Below are positions 52,937 to 61,347 of a DNA stretch of 64,000 bases, one piece after another; the stretch's first letter is position 1; the number at the start of each line of letters is the position of its first letter. The notes beneath the pieces were generated by a model. It saw nothing but the letters and a program-made list of their open reading frames with translations, did no database searches and was not told the origin of the DNA. Source of the stretch: Candidatus Calescibacterium sp. (lineage in GTDB: Bacteria > Calescibacteriota > Calescibacteriia > Calescibacteriales > Calescibacteriaceae); assembly GCA_032249135.1 (NCBI GenBank), contig JAVVGL010000003.1, forward strand, positions 1-64,000. Reading direction: 5' to 3'. A program made the translations under genes and the position numbers.

Positions 52937-54652
52937 TTATACTTTATGTTTTGGTTCAATTTTGACAAGCCTACCTTGCGGTAAGAAATCTATATCTTTC
53001 CCATTCCTTGCATACTCATATGGACCTCTTTCAACAATAGGAGCAAATGAGCCCCAATTGAGATGGGGAGGTGGAGATGGAGCAAGCCATTCCAAAGTTG
53101 TAGATTTCCAAGGATTTGGTTCCGTCTCTTCTTTTCCTGCAAAAATAGAATAGAAGAAAACAATTATAAAAACAACCTGTGTAGCGAGCAAGAGTATAGC
53201 AGAAATTGTCATAAGTTCATGAACCCACTGATATTTTTGAAGGTAACCAAATTCTAACGCAGTAGCATATCTTCTCGGATGTCCTGCAAGCCCCAAAAAG
53301 AATGCTGGAAATGCGAACCCGTTGTAAAAAATCAAAGTAAGCCACGCATGAATTTTTCCGAAAGTATCATTTATTCTTCGCCCAAACATTTTTGGAAACC
53401 AGTGGTAAATTCCAGCTATCGTGCTTAAAACTGCAATTGTAAAAACTGTGTAATGGAAATGACCAACAACAAAATATGTATCATGAAAGTATATATCGGA
53501 TGCTACCGCCCCTAATGGCAATCCTGTGAGCCCCCCTATTATGAACATAGCGAAAGCAAATGTAGCAAATAGCATAGCAGGAGTAAATCTTATTGAACCA
53601 CCCGCATATGTCAGTCCCATAGCCACAAGTGTCATGGAAAATGGAACAGATATAAGAACCGTTGTTATTGAGAATCCAGTAGCAGATAGTGGATTAATTC
53701 CTGCAACGAACTGGTGATGTGCCCACACAACAAAACTTAAAATTCCAGCAACAATTGTTGCATAAACAACTAATTTGTAGTTGAACACTGGTCTTCTTGC
53801 GTAAGTTGTTATAACTTCAAAAAGAATACCAAGAGCGGGGAAAAGTATAACATAAACCTCTGGATGAAAGAAGAACCAGAAAAGATGTTGCCACAAAATT
53901 GGGTCTCCGATTTTCCCTGCTTCAACCCTGAAAAAGTGAGTTCCCAAAATAATATCTAATAGAAGCATAATCGCACCTGCTATAAGAGGGGTCACAGAAA
54001 ACAAAAAGAGTAAAGAAGCTAAAACTTGCATCCAGACGAAAATAGGAAGTCTCATCAAACTCATACCTTTTGCTCTCAAAGTAAGAGCGGTTGTAATGAA
54101 ATTCACACCTCCCATAAGCACAGAAGCAAACTCAAGAGCAAGAGCCAAAATAAAAAGAACTGTTCCAAGATTTGCACCTAAAAATCTTTCAGGATCTGAA
54201 CTCAAAGGAGGATATACAGTCCATCCGCCAGAGAAAGCCCCACCTGGAACAAAAAATGAAATTATAAGTACAACAGAAGATAAAAAGAATGTCCAATAAG
54301 AAATCATATTAAGAGTCGGGAAAGCCATATCCCTCGCTCCTATCATAAGAGGGATAAGAACATTCCCGAATCCTCCGAGCAAAATAGGCATCGCAACCCA
54401 GAAAAACATTATTGCTCCATGATATGTGACAAAAGCATTATATTGGCTATCTGTTAAAAAACCGGGATGAGCCAAGTTTATTCTGAAAAAAATAGCAAGA
54501 GCTCCACCAAAAATCGCCATTATTACTCCTGTAATAAGATACTGCTTACCTATTGTTTTGTGGTCAGTAGAAAAAATATATTTTCTTATAAAAGACATCT
54601 CATGCTCTCCGGCTTCCACATGATGTCCCACAGCTGATGCAACTTGCGACAT
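52937..54652 (-). CDS. ctaD: Cytochrome c oxidase subunit I, A-family heme-copper oxygen reductase
   Basis: STDHK.IG, RDMAFP.LN, HPEVY, WAHH, HDTYFVVGHFHY, PRRY. Confidence 0.95.
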   Translation of the reverse strand: MSQVASAVGHHVEAGEHEMSFIRKYIFSTDHKTIGKQYLITGVIMAIFGGALAIFFRINLAHPGFLTDSQYNAFVTYHGAIMFFWVAMPILLGGFGNVLIPLMIGARDMAFPTLNMISYWTFFLSSVVLIISFFVPGGAFSGGWTVYPPLSSDPERFLGANLGTVLFILALALEFASVLMGGVNFITTALTLRAKGMSLMRLPIFVWMQVLASLLFLFSVTPLIAGAIMLLLDIILGTHFFRVEAGKIGDPILWQHLFWFFFHPEVYVILFPALGILFEVITTYARRPVFNYKLVVYATIVAGILSFVVWAHHQFVAGINPLSATGFSITTVLISVPFSMTLVAMGLTYAGGSIRFTPAMLFATFAFAMFIIGGLTGLPLGAVASDIYFHDTYFVVGHFHYTVFTIAVLSTIAGIYHWFPKMFGRRINDTFGKIHAWLTLIFYNGFAFPAFFLGLAGHPRRYATALEFGYLQKYQWVHELMTISAILLLATQVVFIIVFFYSIFAGKEETEPNPWKSTTLEWLAPSPPPHLNWGSFAPIVERGPYEYARNGKDIDFLPQGRLVKIEPKHKV

Positions 54653-54672
54653 ATACTTTCACCTCCTTTCCA

Positions 54673-55404
54673 TTATTTTTTAGCAAATTTTTCTTCAAAA
54701 TCTTTTAATACAGAAACTTCATAGGGAGCTCCCTCAATCCATTTTTTATAATCTTTTTCGCTGAGCACAACAAGGTATGCTTTCATTCTGTAATGCATCT
54801 CACCGCAAAGTTCGGCACAAGCTATCTCATACACACCCGTTTTCGCCGGCTTGAACCAAAGATGTGTCTCCCTTCCCGGAATAGCATCATACTTTATTCT
54901 GACATTTGGGATAAAGAGAGAATGTATAGTATCTCCTGATGTAAGTTTTACAAAAACATAATGATTTTCAGGAACAACAAGGGCATTCCCTAAATTGAAG
55001 TCATCCGAGGTTCCAAATTTTCCATCTTTTCCCGGATATTGGAATGTCCAGAAAAACTGCCTTCCTATAACTTTTACCTCTACAAACTTTTCTCCTTTAT
55101 CAACAACCTCTTTTTTTATCTTATCAACGGGTCTTATAAAGAAAATAAACCATGCATAAGTTGATACAAAAAGTAAAATCAAGTCAAATATAATCATAAC
55201 AAAGTCTATATAAACAACTTTCTTGAGTAAGGGAGGAACATCTTGCAAAGGAGTTGGATTTTTGCTTCTTCTGAACCGCCAGAGCATGTAAAATAAAATT
55301 GCAAAAGATACTATACCTATTATTACCGCTCCACCTACGGAGATTTTTATGACCCTATCAACGAGGTATCCATGCTCAGATATATCAATTGGTAACATAC
55401 TCAT
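54673..55404 (-). CDS. ctaC: Cytochrome c oxidase subunit II (CuA)
   Basis: Two TM helices, GRQFFW.F.Y, DTIHS, CAELCGEMHYRM. Confidence 0.93.
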   Translation of the reverse strand: MSMLPIDISEHGYLVDRVIKISVGGAVIIGIVSFAILFYMLWRFRRSKNPTPLQDVPPLLKKVVYIDFVMIIFDLILLFVSTYAWFIFFIRPVDKIKKEVVDKGEKFVEVKVIGRQFFWTFQYPGKDGKFGTSDDFNLGNALVVPENHYVFVKLTSGDTIHSLFIPNVRIKYDAIPGRETHLWFKPAKTGVYEIACAELCGEMHYRMKAYLVVLSEKDYKKWIEGAPYEVSVLKDFEEKFAKK

Positions 55405-56489
55405 TCACCTCCTTTTTTTGCACTTAAATTTTTATTTTCAAGGTAAAGAACATAGGAAACTAAATCCCATATTGTTTCATCTCCGAGATGTCCCCAAGGA
55501 GTCATAGTTGAACCAGCTATCCCCCTTTTTATTGTAAGGAAGACATATTCTGGTTTTCCTCGTCTTAAAGGTTCTTTTCCGAACCATCTTGCTTTCACCA
55601 CTTGAAACTCTTCACTCTTTTTTCCTTTTTTATCAAATTTATACCACGCCAAAGGTTGTTCTATTGGTTCTTCTCCTTTTTCTATATTTCTGTGGCACGC
55701 TACACACACAACCTCAAATTGTTTTCTTCCCCTTTCAATTCTCTCATCTGACATAAGGTCAGGAGGTGGAGTTGGGAGTTCCAATTTTTTCGGTTCATAA
55801 AATTTCCATCTTGGATTCAAAGATTTCATATATTCTAAAATTGCATCAAGTTCTTTTTCTTCAAGCATAGGAAAACCTGGCATAGGAGTTCCCGGAAGAC
55901 CTTCAACTATTATTCTTTTTATTTCTTCATCAGGAGCGAACTCACCAGTGTAATCAGAGGCAAATTTGAAAACGACTTTACCTTCCCTATGATATTTTCC
56001 TGTAAAATCTCGAGCGTATATTGGGTCCCCTAAAAGAGTTTTTAGACCTTCTGGCGTTATTGGTAATGAATCTCCTTCTCTCCCGTGGCAAGTTGCACAC
56101 CAGTTTTCAAAAAGTTTTTTTCCATAACTTACTTTCTCTGGATTTGGCTCATATCTTATAAAAAGCTTGTCAAATAGATTTACTACATCTTCCATTCCAG
56201 AAGATAAAGCTTTTGCCTCATTTACTAATTTGTTGTTCTCATCACGCGGGAGATTTTCTTTGAGCTTTTCGGCCAAATTTTTTAGCTTATTTACTTGATC
56301 ATTTTGCTCCAACTCGTTTAACTTACCAAAAATTTCAGAAACAACGCTTTCCCTATATCTTTTCTCTATTTCAGAACTATCTAATCTTATTTCTGAAACT
56401 AGATATTTTGGTTTTCCAAAACTTCTATATAAAGCAGGAACACCTATTGAAAATATTGCTATCAAAACACCTACCAAAATCCCCCTCAT
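55401..56489 (-). CDS. Membrane-anchored diheme cytochrome c
   Basis: N-terminal TM; CATCH...GTPMP and CVACH...GSTM; overlaps the subunit II start by 4 nt. Confidence 0.88.
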   Translation of the reverse strand: MRGILVGVLIAIFSIGVPALYRSFGKPKYLVSEIRLDSSEIEKRYRESVVSEIFGKLNELEQNDQVNKLKNLAEKLKENLPRDENNKLVNEAKALSSGMEDVVNLFDKLFIRYEPNPEKVSYGKKLFENWCATCHGREGDSLPITPEGLKTLLGDPIYARDFTGKYHREGKVVFKFASDYTGEFAPDEEIKRIIVEGLPGTPMPGFPMLEEKELDAILEYMKSLNPRWKFYEPKKLELPTPPPDLMSDERIERGRKQFEVVCVACHRNIEKGEEPIEQPLAWYKFDKKGKKSEEFQVVKARWFGKEPLRRGKPEYVFLTIKRGIAGSTMTPWGHLGDETIWDLVSYVLYLENKNLSAKKGGE

Positions 56490-56764
56490 TTTTTTACACT
56501 CTTCTTTTATTCTTTACAAAATTAATTTCACCTTCAAACTTTTTCAAATTTACAGCTTTTTTTAGAAAGATAATTCTTTACTGATCTGAAAAAAGGATAA
56601 TTTTTCTTGAAAATATGATTTTTGAAACTTTTTTCTAAAACAAAAAAATACCTAAAACAAAATAATAGCTTTATGAAAAATTTTTCTATTTGGGGAATAT
56701 AGGACAGAAGATTTTCTTTTCACACTTTGAAAACAAGTCCAAAAAATCAATAACTTATTTTGTG

Positions 56765-58057
56765 ATGAAGCTACCAAAAGTTGAGTTCAGAAAAACTGAT
56801 GATATCCTTGAGGTGTACTCACAAGATGCATCAAGATGGTATAGGGTAAAACCTCTCGGAGTATTTTTTCCGAAAAATTTGGAAGAAGCTCAAAAATGTG
56901 TTGAATTTTGCTACAAAAACGGGATTCCTATAACTCCAAGAGGAGGGGGAAGCGGTCTTACAGGAGGAGCAGTTCCAGAAAATGGTGGAGTTATAATATC
57001 AACAGAAAAAATGAAAAATTTTTCAGTTGAAGAAGGATTTTTTATATCAGAAGCAGGAGCTATATCAGGAGAAATAGAGAAGGAAGCGAATAAAATTGGT
57101 TATACTTTACCAGCTCAACCATCAAGTCTTAATTTTTCAACAATAGGAGGAAATGTTGCAACAGATGCAGCCGGTTTGAGATCAGTAAAATATGGCTCCG
57201 CAAGAGATTACATTCTGGAACTTGAGGTAATTTTACCTGATGGCAAAATAAAAACTTTCGGACCAGAAGAATCTCAATTCTTTGCTGGATCTGAGGGAAC
57301 ACTCGGAATTATATCAAAAGTAAAAATGAGGTTGGTAAAACTTAAAAAGAGAAAGACTTTTGTTTTTCTATCAGAAAATTTGAAACAGGCAATACAATTT
57401 TCGCTTGAACTCCTTAAATTTTTACCATCCGCTCTTGAATTTGTAGATAAAAACGGAGGTAAAATAGTTGATGTTGGAAATGGAGACTTTTACATCATAA
57501 TTTCAGAATTTGAGGAAGATTTTGATGGTAAAATAGATCTTATTCAGAATGAACTTGCAAAAATAGCATTGGAGTTTGGTATGAAGATAGAAGAAATAAA
57601 AGATATATGGGAAAGAAGGAAAAAACTCGGTCCAGCCCTGTCTAAAATAAGACAATTCAAAATAAACGAAGATATCGTTCTACCAATATCAAAAATTACT
57701 GACTTCGTTGAATTTGCAAGAAAAAAAATAGTAGAAGAAGAAAAAATAAACTGTGTAATCTTTGGACATATAGGAGTTGGAATTTTACATACAAACCTTC
57801 TTTTCGGAGGAGGAGAAGAAAAGGACGCAGAGAAAGCAAAAAGAGAAATTTTTGAGTTTGTAATTTCGCAAGGCGGAGCTATAACAGGAGAACACGGAAC
57901 AGGAATATCAAAAAAAGATTTCATTCAAAATGAACTCGGGGAAGAAACCCTGAAATTTATGATACATTTGAAAAACAAAATAGATCCAAAAAATATTTTC
58001 AATCCAACCAAACTCCCTTTACCAAAAAGAGGATGTATAGATACAACGGTAAAATAA
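56765..58057 (+). CDS. FAD-linked oxidase (GlcD/D-lactate dehydrogenase family); probable start 56765
   Basis: PRGGGSGLTGGAVP, STIGGNVAT.A.G, GSEGTLGII, GHIG.G.LH, GEHGTG, DPKNIFNP. Confidence 0.9.
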   Translation: MKLPKVEFRKTDDILEVYSQDASRWYRVKPLGVFFPKNLEEAQKCVEFCYKNGIPITPRGGGSGLTGGAVPENGGVIISTEKMKNFSVEEGFFISEAGAISGEIEKEANKIGYTLPAQPSSLNFSTIGGNVATDAAGLRSVKYGSARDYILELEVILPDGKIKTFGPEESQFFAGSEGTLGIISKVKMRLVKLKKRKTFVFLSENLKQAIQFSLELLKFLPSALEFVDKNGGKIVDVGNGDFYIIISEFEEDFDGKIDLIQNELAKIALEFGMKIEEIKDIWERRKKLGPALSKIRQFKINEDIVLPISKITDFVEFARKKIVEEEKINCVIFGHIGVGILHTNLLFGGGEEKDAEKAKREIFEFVISQGGAITGEHGTGISKKDFIQNELGEETLKFMIHLKNKIDPKNIFNPTKLPLPKRGCIDTTVK

Positions 58058-58073
58058 CAAGTAAAATAAAAAA

Positions 58074-58105
58074 GGATTGGGGGATAAGATAAAATCCCCC
58101 AATCC
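58074..58105. terminator. Probable bidirectional intrinsic terminator between the FAD oxidase and flagellin copy 1
   Basis: 12-bp stem GGATTGGGGGAT/ATCCCCCAATCC flanked by A- and T-runs, between convergent genes. Confidence 0.85.
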
Positions 58106-58112
58106 CCATTTT

Positions 58113-59381
58113 TTACCTCCCAAATAGTTGCAGAACGAGTTGTGGAGTGAGTCTTGAAATAGCTATCATAGCAGTTGCACTCTGCTGCACAACCTGCAAC
58201 GCAGTCAACCTCAATGACTCCTCATCAAACTTCGTGTCTATTATCGCTGACCTCTGCGTCGCTGCCTGTATCTTCTGGTCTAACACCTGATCATTCGCTG
58301 CCCTCATCAAACTCATCGCCGCCCCTATCACCCCCCTCACCTTCTCCACATAATTTATCGCCTCATCTATCAACTTCACCGCCGTCTCTGGCGCTACCCT
58401 CAGATCAAATGTGAACAACGTCCCTCCTCCTAACGATGTCTCTAACAAGTTCTCTGGCTCCAAGTTGGGAACATTAAACCTCACGTAATCCAACTCACTC
58501 CCTACATTCATTCCCCTGAACACCTTCACCTCCTCCCTCTTGACCGTTATCACAGCAGATATCTGAGATGATGCTCCAAAACGAACATCATCTACAAACA
58601 CCCTGAATCCTAAGTTCTTAAAGTCCAATACCTGCGCACCCGTGAATGTTATACTTATCACCTCTGTAAATACTGCTGAACCGCCAATATACAACACCGC
58701 AGTCGCCAATCCCGCTCCACCAACAGTAAGAAGAACAGAAGCTTGTCCATTCAAAGCCACTGAGTTCGTAAACATCGCTCCCGGAGTTCCATTCCCTATA
58801 ACCGTCACCAAGTTCGCAACCGTCGTATCAGCTAATGAACCTGATGCATATCCCGCCAAGTTTATCCCACTCACATCAAAGTTCCCTATGAACAAGGTTG
58901 TAGTAGTTGTACCGCTCAGAGTCAGCAATACAGTTGCAGGTGCTATCATCCTATTCCCTAATCCACCCCTCAGAAGCTGAGCCTCCTGAAACACCGTCGT
59001 TCTCACTAACTCCCTTATATCCAAGTATAACCTATCCGTCGCTGCCTGCAATTCTGCCCTCTCAGCTGGGTCGGTAGCTACAACAGCTCTCAAAGCGTTT
59101 TCTCTCATTTGATTGAGGATGTCGTGGATTTTCTTTACTGTTTCCTCCATATTCTGGAGTATTGAGTCAGCTCTTGTAAGTTGCTCAGAAGCTATCTCTA
59201 ATGTTCTAATAGCTCTTGTGAGGATATTGCCTTGGATAAGAGCTCCTACATCCTCGGCTGCTGAGTTTACCCTCAGACCTGTTTGGAGGCGCTTCATCAC
59301 GCCCCCAAGCTCTACTGTAACACGCCTTAGATCCTCTGATCCTATTAATCCTTGTATGTTTGTTAAAACTGGTATTGCCAT
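58113..59381 (-). CDS. Flagellin, copy 1 (divergent)
   Basis: VLTN...KRLQTGLRVNSAAED N-terminus; IDEAI..V...RG.IGA, SAIIDTKFDEE, PQLVLQL C-terminus. Confidence 0.85.
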   Translation of the reverse strand: MAIPVLTNIQGLIGSEDLRRVTVELGGVMKRLQTGLRVNSAAEDVGALIQGNILTRAIRTLEIASEQLTRADSILQNMEETVKKIHDILNQMRENALRAVVATDPAERAELQAATDRLYLDIRELVRTTVFQEAQLLRGGLGNRMIAPATVLLTLSGTTTTTLFIGNFDVSGINLAGYASGSLADTTVANLVTVIGNGTPGAMFTNSVALNGQASVLLTVGGAGLATAVLYIGGSAVFTEVISITFTGAQVLDFKNLGFRVFVDDVRFGASSQISAVITVKREEVKVFRGMNVGSELDYVRFNVPNLEPENLLETSLGGGTLFTFDLRVAPETAVKLIDEAINYVEKVRGVIGAAMSLMRAANDQVLDQKIQAATQRSAIIDTKFDEESLRLTALQVVQQSATAMIAISRLTPQLVLQLFGR

Positions 59382-59583
59382 GTCTTTTCACCTCCTTGCT
59401 TTTTTATTTTTTCGCCTCCTTGCTGCTGGGGGTGGTTTTTAGGTCTTTCACCCCTACCCCCAGAAACTTTCAGCCAAGAGGCAATATTAAATATAATCAT
59501 TCTTTTTTTATTTTTCCAGAGAATTGAAAGTTTTCTCCCGCTGAAAATTTCTTTTTTATATTTTTGTGAGATTATTTTGAGAG

Positions 59584-59659
59584 TGGTGGGTAGGGGCGGA
59601 ATCGAACCGCCGACCTTAGGATTTTCAGTCCTACGCTCTACCGACTGAGCTACCTACCC
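59584..59659 (-). tRNA. tRNA-Phe(GAA)
   Basis: GGGTAGGTAGCTCAGTCGGTAGAGCG-TAGGA CT GAA AA TCCTA-...GGTTCGATTCC...CTACCCACCA. Confidence 0.96.
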
Positions 59660-59848
59660 ACCTTCAAGAGAGAAATTTCTTTTTGTTCCAAGAACTCTCA
59701 AAAAATGCTTTTCTCTCCTTATTTGAAGCTTTGACCTGTAATGCTGATGCCTCCTCAAAAGAGGAGCAACATTTAGCTCAAAATCTTTTTTCAATATTTT
59801 CAGAGCTCTTTCAAGATTTCCTTTAACCTTTACCACAGGTTTCATCAT
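59654..59848 (-). CDS. rpsU: Probable 30S ribosomal protein bS21 (divergent)
   Basis: 64 aa, basic; VKVKGNLERALKILKK...LRRHQHY.SK..IRREK follows the bS21 pattern. Confidence 0.6.
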   Translation of the reverse strand: MMKPVVKVKGNLERALKILKKDFELNVAPLLRRHQHYRSKLQIRREKHFLRVLGTKRNFSLEGG

Positions 59849-59906
59849 ACTTTAAAAATAAAAATAAAAATGGAAAAAATAGTTTTGACTGAAATATTTA
59901 AAGAAA

Positions 59907-59946
59907 TAAGAGAGAAGGGGGGAGTGAAATACTCCCCCACCTCTTA
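59907..59946 (-). terminator. Hairpin, probable terminator after flagellin copy 2
   Basis: TAAGAG...GGGGGAGT-GAAAT-ACTCCCCC...CTCTTA stem about 15 nt past the stop codon. Confidence 0.7.
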
Positions 59947-59961
59947 AAATGAGATAAATTG

Positions 59962-61233
59962 TTATCTTCCACCAAGTAGTTGTAGAACGAGTTGTGGGGT
60001 AAGCCTTGAAATAGCTATCATCGCCGTCGCACTCTGCTGTATCACCTGCAACGCAGTCAACCTCAATGACTCCTCATCAAACTTCGTGTCTATTATCGCT
60101 GACCTCTGCGTCGCTGCCTGTATCTTCTGGTCTAACACCTGATCATTCGCTGCCCTCATCAAACTCATCGCCGCCCCTATCACCCCCCTCACCTTCTCCA
60201 CATAATTTATCGCCTCATCTATCAACTTCACCGCCGTCTCTGGCGCTACCCTCAGATCAAATGTGAACAACGTCCCTCCTCCTAACGATGTCTCTAACAA
60301 GTTCTCTGGCTCCAAGTTGGGAACATTAAACCTCACGTAATCCAACTCACTCCCTACATTCATTCCCCTGAACACCTTCACCTCCTCCCTCTTGACCGTT
60401 ATCACAGCAGATATCTGAGATGATGCTCCAAAACGAACATCATCTACAAACACCCTGAATCCTAAGTTCTTAAAGTCCAATACCTGCGCACCCGTGAATG
60501 TTATACTTATCACCTCTGTAAATACTGCTGAACCGCCAATATACAACACCGCAGTCGCCAATCCCGCTCCACCAACAGTAAGAAGAACAGAAGCTTGTCC
60601 ATTCAAAGCCACTGAGTTCGTAAACATCGCTCCCGGAGTTCCATTCCCTATAACCGTCACCAAGTTCGCAACCGTCGTATCAGCTAATGAACCTGATGCA
60701 TATCCCGCCAAGTTTATCCCACTCACATCAAAGTTCCCTATGAACAAGGTTGTAGTAGTTGTACCGCTCAGAGTCAGCAATACAGTTGCAGGTGCTATCA
60801 TCCTATTCCCTAATCCACCCCTCAGAAGCTGAGCCTCCTGAAACACCGTCGTTCTCACTAACTCCCTTATATCCAAGTATAACCTATCCGTCGCTGCCTG
60901 CAATTCTGCCCTCTCAGCTGGGTCGGTAGCTACAACAGCTCTCAAAGCGTTTTCTCTCATTTGATTGAGGATGTCGTGGATTTTCTTTACTGTTTCCTCC
61001 ATATTCTGGAGTATTGAGTCAGCTCTTGTAAGTTGCTCAGAAGCTATCTCTAATGTTCTAATAGCTCTTGTGAGGATATTGCCTTGGATAAGAGCTCCTA
61101 CATCCTCGGCTGCTGAGTTTACCCTCAGACCTGTTTGGAGGCGCTTCATCACGCCCCCAAGCTCTACTGTAACACGCCTTAGATCCTCTGATCCTATTAA
61201 TCCTTGTATGTTTGTTAAAACTGGTATTGCCAT
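59962..61233 (-). CDS. Flagellin, copy 2 (divergent)
   Basis: Same protein as copy 1 except V/I near the end and the tail LLGGR versus LFGR. Confidence 0.85.
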   Translation of the reverse strand: MAIPVLTNIQGLIGSEDLRRVTVELGGVMKRLQTGLRVNSAAEDVGALIQGNILTRAIRTLEIASEQLTRADSILQNMEETVKKIHDILNQMRENALRAVVATDPAERAELQAATDRLYLDIRELVRTTVFQEAQLLRGGLGNRMIAPATVLLTLSGTTTTTLFIGNFDVSGINLAGYASGSLADTTVANLVTVIGNGTPGAMFTNSVALNGQASVLLTVGGAGLATAVLYIGGSAVFTEVISITFTGAQVLDFKNLGFRVFVDDVRFGASSQISAVITVKREEVKVFRGMNVGSELDYVRFNVPNLEPENLLETSLGGGTLFTFDLRVAPETAVKLIDEAINYVEKVRGVIGAAMSLMRAANDQVLDQKIQAATQRSAIIDTKFDEESLRLTALQVIQQSATAMIAISRLTPQLVLQLLGGR

Positions 61234-61320
61234 GTCTTTTCACCTCCTTGCTTTTTTATTTTTTCGCCTCCTTGCCACCCAGCCCAGAAAGTTGAACTGG
61301 GGGACAAATTCAAAATCTAT

Positions 61321-61347
61321 ATATCGTTTTTTTCTTGAATTAGTTTA
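61321..61347 (-). promoter_or_regulatory. Putative sigma-28 promoter of flagellin copy 2
   Basis: Minus strand TAAA-N15-AACGATAT versus the consensus TAAA-N15-GCCGATAA; TAAA overlaps the upstream gene's stop. Confidence 0.55.

Larger units (their letters stand above)
58192..61275. repeat. Direct repeat of about 1232 bp: 58192-59423 and 60044-61275
   Basis: No differences seen by eye at offset 1852; covers 42 bp of leader and all but the last ~26 codons of the flagellins. Confidence 0.9.

Noticed and set aside
52937-54652. Subunit I as a nitric oxide reductase
   Set aside because: It keeps the HPEVY cross-link Tyr and D-channel-type residues and has a CuA subunit II, which fits an A-family oxygen reductase.
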